The notes under the pieces: generated by a model | The model's input: only the letters and a program-made list of their open reading frames with translations | Told to the model about the DNA's origin: nothing | The model's database searches: none | Shown: positions 18,346 to 27,975 of the stretch, one piece after another | Position numbering within the stretch: position 1 is the first letter of the stretch | How the letters are laid out: each line of letters starts with the position of its first letter | Source of the DNA: Methanobacteriota archaeon | Lineage (GTDB): Archaea; Thermoplasmatota; Thermoplasmata; Methanomassiliicoccales; UBA472 | Direction: 5' to 3' | Assembly (NCBI GenBank): GCA_012729095.1 | Contig: JAAYDU010000028.1 | Location: 4,260-68,259, forward strand | DNA: 64,000 nucleotides | Made by a program: the position numbers and the translations under genes

Positions 18346-18399
18346 ACCACTTCATTCTAAAACATTTTAAATATCTTATTTCTAATCAACGGAACACAC

Positions 18400-18474
18400 G
18401 GGCGGGTGGCCTAGTCTGGATATGGCAGCAGCCTCCTAAGCTGCAGGTCGGGGGTTCGAATCCCTCCCCGCTCG
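18400..18474 (+). tRNA. tRNA-Arg (anticodon CCU)
   Basis: Hand-folded. Acceptor GGGCGGG/CCCGCTC (one G-U pair), anticodon stem GCAGC/GCTGC, loop CTCCTAA, T-arm GGGGG-TTCGAAT-CCCTC, discriminator G. CCA is not encoded. Confidence 0.88.
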
Positions 18475-18629
18475 CTCTCACCGAGACATCAGGTCGTGGA
18501 TGCTTCCATCTTGATCTTTTTTGGACATCCAAGGGCTCTGAAAGGTCGGATCGCTACAAGATCCTTTAGTTATTATCTTATAAGCGATATCTTCTAATTT
18601 CCTAGGGATCTTAGGAGGGGTTCAATTCA

Positions 18630-21600
18630 ATGGTCCATCTGGTTGGTCGAAGCGCTCCGGTTCTTTTCGTCTGTGCATTGACGGTCCTGCTCATGATCGG
18701 AGCGCCCTTTAATGGCGTTCTCGCCGCGACCTCGCATGCGCCAGCAGGTGGCGACGGCGCTTGGGAGGCGATCACTTATGCTGACAGCCCCGCGCTGAAC
18801 ATCACTAGCGACGCTGCCCTGGCGGAGAACGCCACCTCTGGTTCTGGTGCTTTGAACGACCCGTACGTCATATCGGGGCTTTTCGTGAACGGGCTGGGAG
18901 GTCCGATATGCATCAGGGTTAGCGGCACCACAGCCCATTTCATCATCACCGGGAACGAGATGGTGGGGGCCAACGCTGTGGACTCCAATTCCCAATGTTA
19001 CGGAGCGGGCGTAGCCATCGATGGAGTGGCGGACGGAACGGCCACCATCGCGGGCAACTTCATCCGCGAATGCACATACGGGGTATGCATCCAGAACACT
19101 GGCAACATAACCGTTCGGGACAATCATTTTCTGGATATGGATTATGATAGCATCAAGCTGATCACGGGTTCTCATCACCAGGTCCTGGTCGGGAATCTGA
19201 TCGAGTCCTCAGGAAGGCACGGGGTGTATCTCTACAGCGATACCGCTGATGGCAATCACATCTTCCAGAACACCATACTCGGTTCCGGGTTCTATGGTAT
19301 TTACGTCGATCAGGGGGATAACAACACCATTCACGGTAATCTAGTGGAGGGCTCGAACCAATGGGCGGTCTCCCTGGCCTCCGCGGACGATAACACGGTC
19401 GTAGCCAACGAATTCCGGCTCAACGGTGGTTCAGGTTCCTCGCTGGTCGTGGGATACTACCAAGCCAGGGACGATGGGGACCGCAATCGCTTCGGCGCGA
19501 TCATCAACGGGGTATGGACCGGCAATTACTGGCAGGACCTTTCTGACCAGCCCGTACTGGACAACGGGACCGTGGGAACGGCGTATCCCGTGGTCGGAAA
19601 CTCCGACCCCTACCCATCCGCCATCCCGATCAACCATGCTCCCATGTCCATCGGGGTCTCTGACGAGTCCCTGGTAGCAGAAATGGCCAGGCTGGAGTGC
19701 TGGGAAGGGGACGGAAGCGCCACCGACCCGTACGTCTGGGCGAATTGGACCATCAACGCCCAGGGCGGCCTTTTCGGTATATCCGTGATCGGAACGTCCT
19801 CATGGACTGACCCGGTGGACATACGGGTCGTCGGCGCCAATGTCACCAATGCCCGGATGACCTCCCCCACATATCACGGCGCGGCCGTTCACATCGAGGA
19901 TGTCGGTGAGAACGCCAGCGGCCCCATTGACGGTAGGATATCCCTGGAGAGGGTAAACTGCTCGAAAAGCATCGAGGGCGTCAGGGTTAACGGGGCCATC
20001 GGGCTGGTTCTCCACGATTCCGACATCTCCCACAACCGCGTGAAAGGGGTATACGGGACGGGCATGAGATGGTCGGTGATCGCCAACAATTCTATTTCCC
20101 ACAACGGAGGCTCTGGCGCCCAGGCCGTCGGTATCCACCTGTTCTGGAACGAAGGCCCGCTGCAGGTAATCGGGAACGAGGTCCACGACACGTTCTCCAT
20201 ACGGGAGAACGGCTCCTCGACCGGGGTGGAGGTGAAGGGGATATTCAGCACCTCCAACACCGACATCAATATCGTCGACAATGTCGTACGCGACAATTAC
20301 CTCGTCGATACGGACCTGTCACTTGTGTCCAACTCCAACTCCCGCGTGTACGGTATCCACACCCTTTCCGACACCAGGCCCGTGATCATGGGCAACGATG
20401 TGAGCGGCAACGAGGCACTGGCCACGATGGACAGCAGCTACGCCCGCACCTACATGTACGCGATAAATATGGCCGATGGCGAGGACGCTGTCCTGCAGGA
20501 CAACGACATCCACGACAATGTCATACTGGCCAGTAAATGGGCTTACGTGTACACGGTCCAGGTCCAGACCTCGCCGAACGTCATCATATCCGGCAACACG
20601 ATCAGCGGGAACAGCGCCTTGAACCCGGCGGCCAGCAATTACAGCGGGATGCACGGGCTTTACATTATGAACTGCGATCGGCCAATGGTCATCGGGAACG
20701 AGATCTCCCACAACATCAAGGTGAGCAGCACCGGAATTTCCGTGGGCATATACATGGTGAGCGTTGGCAACGCCACCTTGGAAGGCAACGTCATCAGCTC
20801 CAACAACTTCACGGAAGGCGAGCACGCCTGCATCCCCAGCGGAATGGGCATGTATCTCAACAACGGGGTGAACGATTGCCGGATCTCTGCCAATGAGATA
20901 TCCTATAATTACGCGCAGGCCGTTTATTTCTCGGCGAGCACTAACCGGAACGAGCTGTTCCTGAACGTGTTCGATCACAACGCTCTCACTACTGACACGT
21001 ACGACCCCATCAACCCGCAGTGCGTGGACGTCAGCTCCTCAAACGCCTGGTATCATACAACCGACCTCATGGGCAACCTCTGGACGGACTGGACATTGCC
21101 CGACGCAGACGGTGACGATATCGTGGATGACCCGTACGTGATGGACGAACCGGCCGGGGACGACCTGTATCCGCTGACAGGGGTGGTCGCTAGGGCCACA
21201 GCACCCTCGGTCCAGATGTTCAACGGCTCGGTGCAGCTGGTGTGGAGCGCCCCCATGTACGTCCTCTACGGGGACGATGCGCGCTACGAGGTTCAGAGGT
21301 CGGTCAACGGCAGCGTGTTCTCCCTGCAGAACACCACCGGTACCACATCGTACATGGAAGCGTTCCCCGTCGGGGCGGTGGACGCGGTCTACCGCATCGT
21401 GGCGGTCACCGATCACGGGCGGGCTCCCCCGTCCGAGGAGGCGGGACTCTCTGAGATCACACCTCCCTACGTGAGGATCACATCTCCCGGCGACGGCGCG
21501 GTCATAGGGACCACCCACGCGGCAATAACCTGGGAGGGCGGGGACAACGAATCAGGTATCGATCACTACGAGGTCAAGGTGGATTCCGCTGGCTGGACGG

Positions 21601-23123
21601 ACGTGGGCATGGCGCTCTCCTGCGACACAGGTTCACTGGCCGAAGGCGCGCACACCGTTCAGGTCCGGGCGGTGGACAACCGCACCAACCAGGCATCGGA
21701 CTCGGTGAGCTTTGAGATATCCATATCCCTGGAGCTGGTGATATTCGCCCCGTCGGCCTCCGAGACCTTCCCGCCAGGGCAGGTCGAGGCCGAATGGCAG
21801 GGCTGGAACAACGATTCCTCAATCGCCAGGTACGAGGTTCGGGTGGATTCCGGCACCTGGGTGGACGTGGGTACGAACACCACGTACGTCATTACCGGGC
21901 TTTCCGAGGGGGAGCACACATTTGGCGTCAGGGTCTGGGACGCCCTGTCCAACCAGCTCGCCTCCTCCGTGTCGTTCACGGTCTCCGTTCCTCCCGAAGT
22001 TATCATCACTTCCCCGCTACCGGGCCAGGCGTTCGAGATGGTGGACGTGCAGGCGTCGTGGCAGGGATGGGACAACGGGAGCGGACTGGCAAGGTACGAG
22101 GTGAGCGTGGACTCCACCTCGTGGACCGACGTGGGACTGGACACTGTCTACACCATGTCCGGGCTTTCGGAGGGTGCGCACACCTTCACGGTACGCGCCA
22201 TCGATCTCCTTTCCAACGAGGTCACGGTCTCCGTGGACTTCGTCGTGGACGGGGACCCGTGGGTGGAGGTCCAATGTCCCGCGGCGCTGATCAACACCAC
22301 GTCCCTGGAGATATCATGGACCGCCCATGACAACCAGTCGTCCGTGGTCGGATACGAGGTCAGCGTGGATTCCGGCACCTGGGTGGACGTGGGTGCGAAC
22401 ACCACGTACGTCATTACCGGGCTTTCCGAGGGGGAGCACACCTTCAGCGTTAGGGCATGGGACGCTGTGGGTAACAATGCCACGGCCCAGCGCTCATTCA
22501 CCGTCGACATCACCACGCCCACCGTCGTATCGAGCACGCCGAACGATGACGATGCCGCGCTGCTACCCCTGGTGACCATGGTATTCTCGGAGGTCATGGA
22601 CACCACCACGGTCAACGTGTCCGGTGTGGAAGGGAACATCGTCTGGGAAGGTACGACATTGAGCATACAGGTCAACGAGGACCTGGAGCCCGCCACGACC
22701 TACCAACTGAGGGTGAACGGCAAGGACCTGGCCGGGAACGCCATGGAGGAGTTCCGTTTCAACTTCACGACCACGGACGGCATGGCGGTGTTCAACGGCC
22801 ACATTCAGGACGATCAGGGAGACCCCATCCCTGGCGTGCTGGTGGAATGCAGCAACGGCGACACCGCAACCACTGATACCAACGGTGACTTCCAGTTCAC
22901 ACTGGCCCCCGGGACCTACAGCTTCGATGCCACCAAGGAAGGGTACGAGGCGCTGAGCATGGAGATCGTCCTGGAGTTCGGCGAGGAGGAGTATGTGGTC
23001 AGGACCATGGGTTCGGAGAGCGAAGGGGGCGGGGGAAGCGGATCGCTGCTGATCGTGATCGCGGTAGCGCTTATCGCCCTGGTGGCCGTGGTCGGCTACG
23101 TTATATGGAGGAGAAAGGGCTGA
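18630..23123 (+). CDS. Large secreted, C-terminally membrane-anchored surface protein
   Basis: Domain order, read by eye: signal peptide 'VLFVCALTVLLMIGAPFNGVLA'; ~700 aa of right-handed parallel beta-helix (PbH1/NosD-like) turns ('G..I.GN.I..N'); an FN3-like unit; four ~88-aa Ig-like repeats; a 'TPTVVSSTPNDDD...' Big/SbsA-like domain; 'GHIQDDQGDPIPGVLV...TDTNGDFQF' (CarboxypepD_reg-like); a GS linker; then the TM helix 'LLIVIAVALIALVAVVGYVIWRRKG'. Confidence 0.8.
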   Translation: MVHLVGRSAPVLFVCALTVLLMIGAPFNGVLAATSHAPAGGDGAWEAITYADSPALNITSDAALAENATSGSGALNDPYVISGLFVNGLGGPICIRVSGTTAHFIITGNEMVGANAVDSNSQCYGAGVAIDGVADGTATIAGNFIRECTYGVCIQNTGNITVRDNHFLDMDYDSIKLITGSHHQVLVGNLIESSGRHGVYLYSDTADGNHIFQNTILGSGFYGIYVDQGDNNTIHGNLVEGSNQWAVSLASADDNTVVANEFRLNGGSGSSLVVGYYQARDDGDRNRFGAIINGVWTGNYWQDLSDQPVLDNGTVGTAYPVVGNSDPYPSAIPINHAPMSIGVSDESLVAEMARLECWEGDGSATDPYVWANWTINAQGGLFGISVIGTSSWTDPVDIRVVGANVTNARMTSPTYHGAAVHIEDVGENASGPIDGRISLERVNCSKSIEGVRVNGAIGLVLHDSDISHNRVKGVYGTGMRWSVIANNSISHNGGSGAQAVGIHLFWNEGPLQVIGNEVHDTFSIRENGSSTGVEVKGIFSTSNTDINIVDNVVRDNYLVDTDLSLVSNSNSRVYGIHTLSDTRPVIMGNDVSGNEALATMDSSYARTYMYAINMADGEDAVLQDNDIHDNVILASKWAYVYTVQVQTSPNVIISGNTISGNSALNPAASNYSGMHGLYIMNCDRPMVIGNEISHNIKVSSTGISVGIYMVSVGNATLEGNVISSNNFTEGEHACIPSGMGMYLNNGVNDCRISANEISYNYAQAVYFSASTNRNELFLNVFDHNALTTDTYDPINPQCVDVSSSNAWYHTTDLMGNLWTDWTLPDADGDDIVDDPYVMDEPAGDDLYPLTGVVARATAPSVQMFNGSVQLVWSAPMYVLYGDDARYEVQRSVNGSVFSLQNTTGTTSYMEAFPVGAVDAVYRIVAVTDHGRAPPSEEAGLSEITPPYVRITSPGDGAVIGTTHAAITWEGGDNESGIDHYEVKVDSAGWTDVGMALSCDTGSLAEGAHTVQVRAVDNRTNQASDSVSFEISISLELVIFAPSASETFPPGQVEAEWQGWNNDSSIARYEVRVDSGTWVDVGTNTTYVITGLSEGEHTFGVRVWDALSNQLASSVSFTVSVPPEVIITSPLPGQAFEMVDVQASWQGWDNGSGLARYEVSVDSTSWTDVGLDTVYTMSGLSEGAHTFTVRAIDLLSNEVTVSVDFVVDGDPWVEVQCPAALINTTSLEISWTAHDNQSSVVGYEVSVDSGTWVDVGANTTYVITGLSEGEHTFSVRAWDAVGNNATAQRSFTVDITTPTVVSSTPNDDDAALLPLVTMVFSEVMDTTTVNVSGVEGNIVWEGTTLSIQVNEDLEPATTYQLRVNGKDLAGNAMEEFRFNFTTTDGMAVFNGHIQDDQGDPIPGVLVECSNGDTATTDTNGDFQFTLAPGTYSFDATKEGYEALSMEIVLEFGEEEYVVRTMGSESEGGGGSGSLLIVIAVALIALVAVVGYVIWRRKG
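21456..22520 (+). repeat. Four tandem ~264-bp (~88-aa) Ig-like domain repeats inside the surface-protein gene
   Basis: Recurrent pattern '...W.G.DN.SG...YEV.VDS..W.DVG..T.Y...GLSEG.HTF.VRA.D...N......F.V'. Units 2 and 4 share a 77-bp stretch with one mismatch (21843-21919 vs 22365-22441). Confidence 0.7.
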
Positions 23124-23139
23124 GGGCGCATCGAGGCGC

Positions 23140-24651
23140 CTACTTGTTCAACCAGACCTGGGCCCGGGGAATGGCGAATTCCACTCCATTCTCCCGAAAC
23201 ACATCGTAAAGGTTCGAACGGTACTCTGTCCGGGCGATATGGCGGTTGGCCACGTCGTCGATCCAGATGAAAATGGTGAACAGCATGCGGCCGCCCTCCA
23301 CCCTGGACAGCCTGACCACCGGGGCGTTGTTCCCCTGCAGGATGTTCGGGGTTCGCCGGGAGGCCTCCATCATTAGCTCCTCTATCCTCTTGGGGTCCTC
23401 TCGGTCCGAGACGTTGACCTTCACGTTGGACTTCCAGCGCTCGTCAGGCGCGTTCATGTTGACTATGACCTGCCCCTCTATCATGGAGTTGGGGATTATG
23501 ACCTGCTCGGAGGTGTCCATGTCCAGGACCTTGGTGGTCAGCAATCCCACCTTCTGAACCTGGCCGGTGTGCCCGTCCGCCATGGGAACGCGGTCTCCCG
23601 GCCGGAACGGGCGGTCGAAGAGCAGCTCCAGGCCGGCGAACAGGTTGCTCAGCGTGTTCTGGGTGGCGTAACCGACGATCAGGCCCAAGAACCCTATTCC
23701 CAAAATGGCGGCCCCGAGGTCCACTCCCAGCAGGGCGGCGATCGCGAATATCGCGGCCACCGGGATAACCACCTTTCCGACCAGGGCAACCGCGTTGGCC
23801 AGGGCGTCCCTGCTGCCCACCCTGCCATTCAGGCACCTGTCCTTACCCCAGCACGCGATCACGCTCACGAGTATGCGGTAGGCCAGTATCGAAGCCACAA
23901 TGACCAGTACGATGGAATAGCCCAGCTCCATATCGGCGACCGTGGCCGGCGGGTGCCGCAATATCTCCAGGGATGAGATGGTGCCGTAGGCGATTATCAG
24001 CATGGCCACGGGCAGCTTGACCACTCCGATGACTATGTCATCCCACTTGGTCTTCGTTCTACGGGCCAGGTGATGTATGGTAGGCCCGACCACCTTCATG
24101 GCCAACAGACCTATCGCCCCCCATATCATCACGCTGAAACCCAACGCCCCCCATTGGCCGTCCAGCGGTTCGGGAAGGAAGTTCTCCCATATCCCCATGA
24201 TCCGGTTTACACGGTCCAAGTTGCCGTACGAGGACACGGTCCTCAGCACCACTTGATGCTCGATCACCTCGTATTCTTCCGTGCTCAGATCGGTCACGTT
24301 GAACCCCATGACCAGATCGAACAGGCCCGAGTACATGTCGGTGTCCGCGGTGAGGTTCAAATAGAAACTGCACCCGCTGCCGGGTTCGACCACCTTGAAA
24401 CCAGGTTCCAGGTTCCAGGTAACGCGTTCCGGTATGTCGGAGCGCAGCTCGGGAACCACCAGCATGCTGGTATTGCCATCGTTATAGGCCACCCATTCGA
24501 ACGAGGCCCGTTCTCCGGGCCCGATGGACAGCTCGTCGCTCACCTGGAAAAGCGAAACGTCCCCGGGATCGGACATGGCGCCAGGGCTGAAGCACAACAA
24601 TAGAAGCGCCATAAGCAGCGCCATGCGCCAAACGACATCCCTGCATGGCAT
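23140..24651 (-). CDS. MscS-family mechanosensitive ion channel with a large N-terminal extracytoplasmic domain
   Basis: 'TLSNLFAGLELLFDRPFRPGDRV...GQVQKVGLLTTKVLDMD...IIPNS' MscS core, preceded by a signal peptide, a ~150-aa soluble region and TM helices. Confidence 0.85.
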   Translation of the reverse strand: MPCRDVVWRMALLMALLLLCFSPGAMSDPGDVSLFQVSDELSIGPGERASFEWVAYNDGNTSMLVVPELRSDIPERVTWNLEPGFKVVEPGSGCSFYLNLTADTDMYSGLFDLVMGFNVTDLSTEEYEVIEHQVVLRTVSSYGNLDRVNRIMGIWENFLPEPLDGQWGALGFSVMIWGAIGLLAMKVVGPTIHHLARRTKTKWDDIVIGVVKLPVAMLIIAYGTISSLEILRHPPATVADMELGYSIVLVIVASILAYRILVSVIACWGKDRCLNGRVGSRDALANAVALVGKVVIPVAAIFAIAALLGVDLGAAILGIGFLGLIVGYATQNTLSNLFAGLELLFDRPFRPGDRVPMADGHTGQVQKVGLLTTKVLDMDTSEQVIIPNSMIEGQVIVNMNAPDERWKSNVKVNVSDREDPKRIEELMMEASRRTPNILQGNNAPVVRLSRVEGGRMLFTIFIWIDDVANRHIARTEYRSNLYDVFRENGVEFAIPRAQVWLNK

Positions 24652-24693
24652 GGCCGTTCTCCTCCATGTCCCCGATGGTTAAAACCTTTTACC

Positions 24694-25371
24694 TCAGACG
24701 GCCAAGCGGTCCCCGGGTGCCAGCACATTGAGGTCGAACGGCTCCCTCTCGCAAGCCGATATCAACTCCCGGCGATCGACCGCTATGTCCTCCCAGGTGT
24801 CATAGTGCATGGGCACCATCGCCCGGGCGCGCAACAGGCGCATGGCCTTCACCGCGTCCAGAATTCCCATGGTGAACTTCCCTCCCACGGGCAGCAGCGC
24901 GGCGTCTATGTCGGCATCATCGCCCACCATGGAGAGGTCGCCGAACAGCGCGGTGTCCCCGGCGTGGAATATCGTCCTGCCGCCCATGCGTATCAGGAAC
25001 GAGCAGGCCGTTCCCCCGTATCGTCCATCCTCGAAGGACGAGCTGTGCACGGCCGGAAAGACCTTCACGATGCAGAAGGGCAGTTCGATCTCGCCTCCCA
25101 CGTTCACCGATATCGCGCTCGCCCCCTGCTTTTCCAGGTGGGCGGCCACTTCGAACATGGAGATCACGGGGCAGCCGAACCTCTTGGACAGGTCGGAAGC
25201 GTCCCCCAGGTGGTCCTGGTGGGCGTGTGTGACCAAAATGAGGTCTGGCCTAACATCGGAGGCGGAGGGCGGGGCCTTGGGGTTATCGCTAAGGAACGGA
25301 TCGACCAGCACCTCCTTCTCCCCGTCACGGAATGCGAAGGCGGAGTGGCCGAGATATTCGATCTCGATCAT
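24694..25371 (-). CDS. UPF0173-family metallo-beta-lactamase-fold hydrolase
   Basis: 'IEYLGHSAF...VLVDPF...ILVTHAHQDHLGD' MBL motif. Size of 225 aa is typical for the family. Confidence 0.8.
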   Translation of the reverse strand: MIEIEYLGHSAFAFRDGEKEVLVDPFLSDNPKAPPSASDVRPDLILVTHAHQDHLGDASDLSKRFGCPVISMFEVAAHLEKQGASAISVNVGGEIELPFCIVKVFPAVHSSSFEDGRYGGTACSFLIRMGGRTIFHAGDTALFGDLSMVGDDADIDAALLPVGGKFTMGILDAVKAMRLLRARAMVPMHYDTWEDIAVDRRELISACEREPFDLNVLAPGDRLAV

Positions 25372-25377
25372 GCTCCC

Positions 25378-26067
25378 CTATTTCGCATGGCGGTTCTTCA
25401 ACCTTTCCCGGACGGCGGCGCTCTCCAGTTCCCGAAGGGCGCTGGAGGCCACCCACTCGGAGCCCCGGTCTCCCTTGGCCCCGATCCTCTTCGCGGCGTC
25501 GATGGCGAACGCGTTCAGGGCCAGGTCCCTCTTCCCTATCCGTCGCACGGTCCAGTTCACCGCCTTCCGCACGTATGTACGCCCGTCGTTGCTTTCCCGG
25601 ATGGCCGCCTCAAGGAACGGCAGGAGGTCATGGTCCCGCAGTTCCTTATCATGCGCCGCCAGGGCGGCCATGGTGACGAAGCCCGCCCTCTTCTCGAACT
25701 GCGGCGATCTCCCTGACCATTCCAGTGACTTTCGATAGGCCATGGTGGAGCGTCTGAAGAGGTTCGAGCGGCAATGGTCGCACACGTCCCAGGAACACAG
25801 GTCGCCGACCATCCCCTCCGCCTGCTCCTCGGTCAACAGCAGGGGGTCGGCCACCAGGCTGGTCATTGTGCGGGCCTCGTGCACCCCTTTCTGCCAGAGG
25901 TCCATGGCCAGCCCGTGGTCCGTTCCCAGGGTCCTGGCCAGGCCCCGCATCTCCGGCATGCTGACGCCCAGGGCGCGGTCCACCCGTATCCCGTACCTGG
26001 CCATCCCTTCTAGCCTGGAACGATCGGACAGATGCTCCGGCCTTGCCAGGACCTCTTCCGCGTCCAT
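25378..26067 (-). CDS. DNA alkylation repair protein (AlkD/AlkC-like HEAT-repeat glycosylase family)
   Basis: 'MARYGI...LGVSMPEMRGLAR...LWQKGVHEAR...CSWDVCDH' pattern typical of the DNA_alkylation family. Called by eye. Confidence 0.7.
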   Translation of the reverse strand: MDAEEVLARPEHLSDRSRLEGMARYGIRVDRALGVSMPEMRGLARTLGTDHGLAMDLWQKGVHEARTMTSLVADPLLLTEEQAEGMVGDLCSWDVCDHCRSNLFRRSTMAYRKSLEWSGRSPQFEKRAGFVTMAALAAHDKELRDHDLLPFLEAAIRESNDGRTYVRKAVNWTVRRIGKRDLALNAFAIDAAKRIGAKGDRGSEWVASSALRELESAAVRERLKNRHAK

Positions 26068-26116
26068 TAATAACGATATGTGGAAAATAGATCAAAAGGG
26101 AAAGGCCCCGAAGACA

Positions 26117-26455
26117 TCAGGCCTTTCCCATGCTGCTCTCCCCGGTCCTGATCCTTATCACCTCCTCCACCGGGCAGACGAATATCTTCCCGTCACCGAT
26201 CTCTCCGGTCCTGGCCCTCTCGATGATGACATCTATCACCTTCCGGGCGTCCTCATCCCTCACCACGATCTCGATCTTGATCTTGGGAAGCAGGTCCACC
26301 CGGTACTTACCGGTCCGGTGAGAGAACTCCAGTCCCTTCTGCTCCCCCCTGCCCATCACGTCCGTGATGGTCATGGCGTTCATCCCCAGCCTCTCAAGCC
26401 CGCACTTGACCGAATCAAGCGTCTCGCTACGAACGATAGCTTCTATCTTCTTCAT
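26117..26455 (-). CDS. glnK: Nitrogen regulatory protein P-II
   Basis: 'MKKIEAIVRSETLDSVKCGLERLGMNAMTITDVMGRGEQKG...' P-II fold and T-loop. ATG 26455 lies 6 nt downstream of the amt stop. The 98-codon upstream extension in the track overlaps amt out of frame. Confidence 0.9.
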   Translation of the reverse strand: MKKIEAIVRSETLDSVKCGLERLGMNAMTITDVMGRGEQKGLEFSHRTGKYRVDLLPKIKIEIVVRDEDARKVIDVIIERARTGEIGDGKIFVCPVEEVIRIRTGESSMGKA

Positions 26456-26460
26456 GCATA

Positions 26461-27783
26461 TCACCTCAGGTAGTAGGCGCTCTCGCCGTGTTGGATGATA
26501 TCCGCGCCTATCCTCTCCTCGTCCTTGTTCATACGCAGGGGCACGAACTTCGCCATGACCTTCAGTATAAGGTAGGTCGCTCCGAAAGCGAAGGCCCATA
26601 CCACACCCACCGATACCAGCTGGGCGACCAGCAGGTCCGCCCCGCCGCCGTAGAGCAGCCCGTCCCTTCCCGCCGAGTTGACCGCGGTGGTGGCGAACAG
26701 CCCTGTGGCCACGGCCCCGAACGTTCCGCCGAGCCCGTGCACTCCCCATACGTCCAAGGCATCATCGAATCCCAGGCGCTTGCGCAGAAGTATACCGCCG
26801 TAGCAGACCACGGCTGCGCCAAGCCCTATGAACAGAGCGCCGCTGGGGTTCACGAAGCCCGCGGCGGGTGTTATGGCCACCAGTCCGGCCACCCCTCCCG
26901 ATATCAGGCCGAGAACGCTCACCCGGCCTGTGTCCAGCCAGCTGATCAGGCCCCACACCGACGCGGCCATGGCCGCCGAGATGTGCGTGACCACTAGGGC
27001 GTTCGCCGCCAGGCCGTTGGCGGCCAGGGCGCTGCCGCCATTGAAACCGAACCATCCTATCCAGAGCAGGGCCCCTCCCAGCACCACCATCGGTATGTTG
27101 TGCGGAACCTCCTGGACCCCCCTGGCCTGGCTGATGCGCTTTCCCAGGACCAGTGTCGCCGCCAGAACGGAAACGCCGGCAGTGATGTGCACCACCGTGC
27201 CGCCAGCGAAGTCCAGCGCCCCCAGGTCGTATATCCATCCCCCTCCCCACACCCAATGGGCCACGGGGATGTAGACGGCCGCGGTCCATATGGATAGGAA
27301 GGCGATCAGCGATCCAAGCCTCATGCGCTCGGCCACTCCCCCTATGATCAAGGCCACGGTTATTATGGCGAACATACCCTGGTACATCATGAACAGGATG
27401 TGGGGGACCGTGGGGGCGATGTCGTTGGGGGAAGTTCCCACGCCGTTCAACATTAGGTACTCGGAGCCTCCGATCAATCCGCCGCTGTCCGTACCGAACG
27501 TCAGCGAGTAACCGAAAACCACCCAGATGATGGTCACCACCCCTATGATCAATATGCTCTGTCCCAACATGGACAGGAAGTTGTTCTTGCGCAGCATGCC
27601 TCCGTAGAAGAAGGCGACAGCCGGTGTCATCACGAACACCAGCCCCGTGGATATCATCAGCCACGCCGTGTCCCCGCTGTCCACTTCCCCGTCCGCCGCC
27701 GCCACCGGGCATGATGCCAAGGGCAACGCCACCAGGACAAGGGCCAATATCAAAGCGAACTTCGTTCCGATCCCGCGTTTCAT
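26461..27783 (-). CDS. amt: Ammonium transporter
   Basis: 'DTAWLMISTGLVFVMTPAVAFFYGGM', 'DFAGGTVVHITAG' and 'WGVHGLGGTFGA' Amt signatures. The start was moved to ATG 27783 (MKRGIG... signal-peptide-like). Confidence 0.9.
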   Translation of the reverse strand: MKRGIGTKFALILALVLVALPLASCPVAAADGEVDSGDTAWLMISTGLVFVMTPAVAFFYGGMLRKNNFLSMLGQSILIIGVVTIIWVVFGYSLTFGTDSGGLIGGSEYLMLNGVGTSPNDIAPTVPHILFMMYQGMFAIITVALIIGGVAERMRLGSLIAFLSIWTAAVYIPVAHWVWGGGWIYDLGALDFAGGTVVHITAGVSVLAATLVLGKRISQARGVQEVPHNIPMVVLGGALLWIGWFGFNGGSALAANGLAANALVVTHISAAMAASVWGLISWLDTGRVSVLGLISGGVAGLVAITPAAGFVNPSGALFIGLGAAVVCYGGILLRKRLGFDDALDVWGVHGLGGTFGAVATGLFATTAVNSAGRDGLLYGGGADLLVAQLVSVGVVWAFAFGATYLILKVMAKFVPLRMNKDEERIGADIIQHGESAYYLR

Positions 27784-27975
27784 GTTTTGAGACCTCTTTG
27801 AGCGTTTAGACCTACACATGCACGTCTAATTGCAGATGTGATAGATAATTAACTAATAAAATATTTCCATTCGCAACAAATGATTGCATATACACTCATA
27901 ATATGTATAAATGTAGGAACAGACTCAGAACATTCTTATCGGAATTGGAGAGAATGATAGAAAAAGGGAAAGGGT

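Noticed and set aside
14489-18474. tRNA-Thr to tRNA-Arg interval as an integrated mobile element, which would explain the HNH nuclease in between.
   Set aside because: There is no integrase, transposase or visible direct repeat of a tRNA 3' half. The intervening genes (acetate channel, M42 peptidase, FKBP) look like ordinary chromosomal genes with the same composition as their surroundings.
23040-23123. PGF-CTERM/archaeosortase sorting signal at the C-terminus of the large surface protein.
   Set aside because: The tail has a Gly/Ser linker, a TM helix and basic residues but lacks the PGF (or similar) tripeptide. It is therefore described only as a generic C-terminal membrane anchor.
27784-27975. 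Possible NrpR-type nitrogen operator (GGAA-N6-TTCC) in the A/T-rich region upstream of amt-glnK.
   Set aside because: I read both strands and found no GGAA-N6-TTCC palindrome. Only generic A/T-rich TATA-like sequence is present, so no operator call is made.
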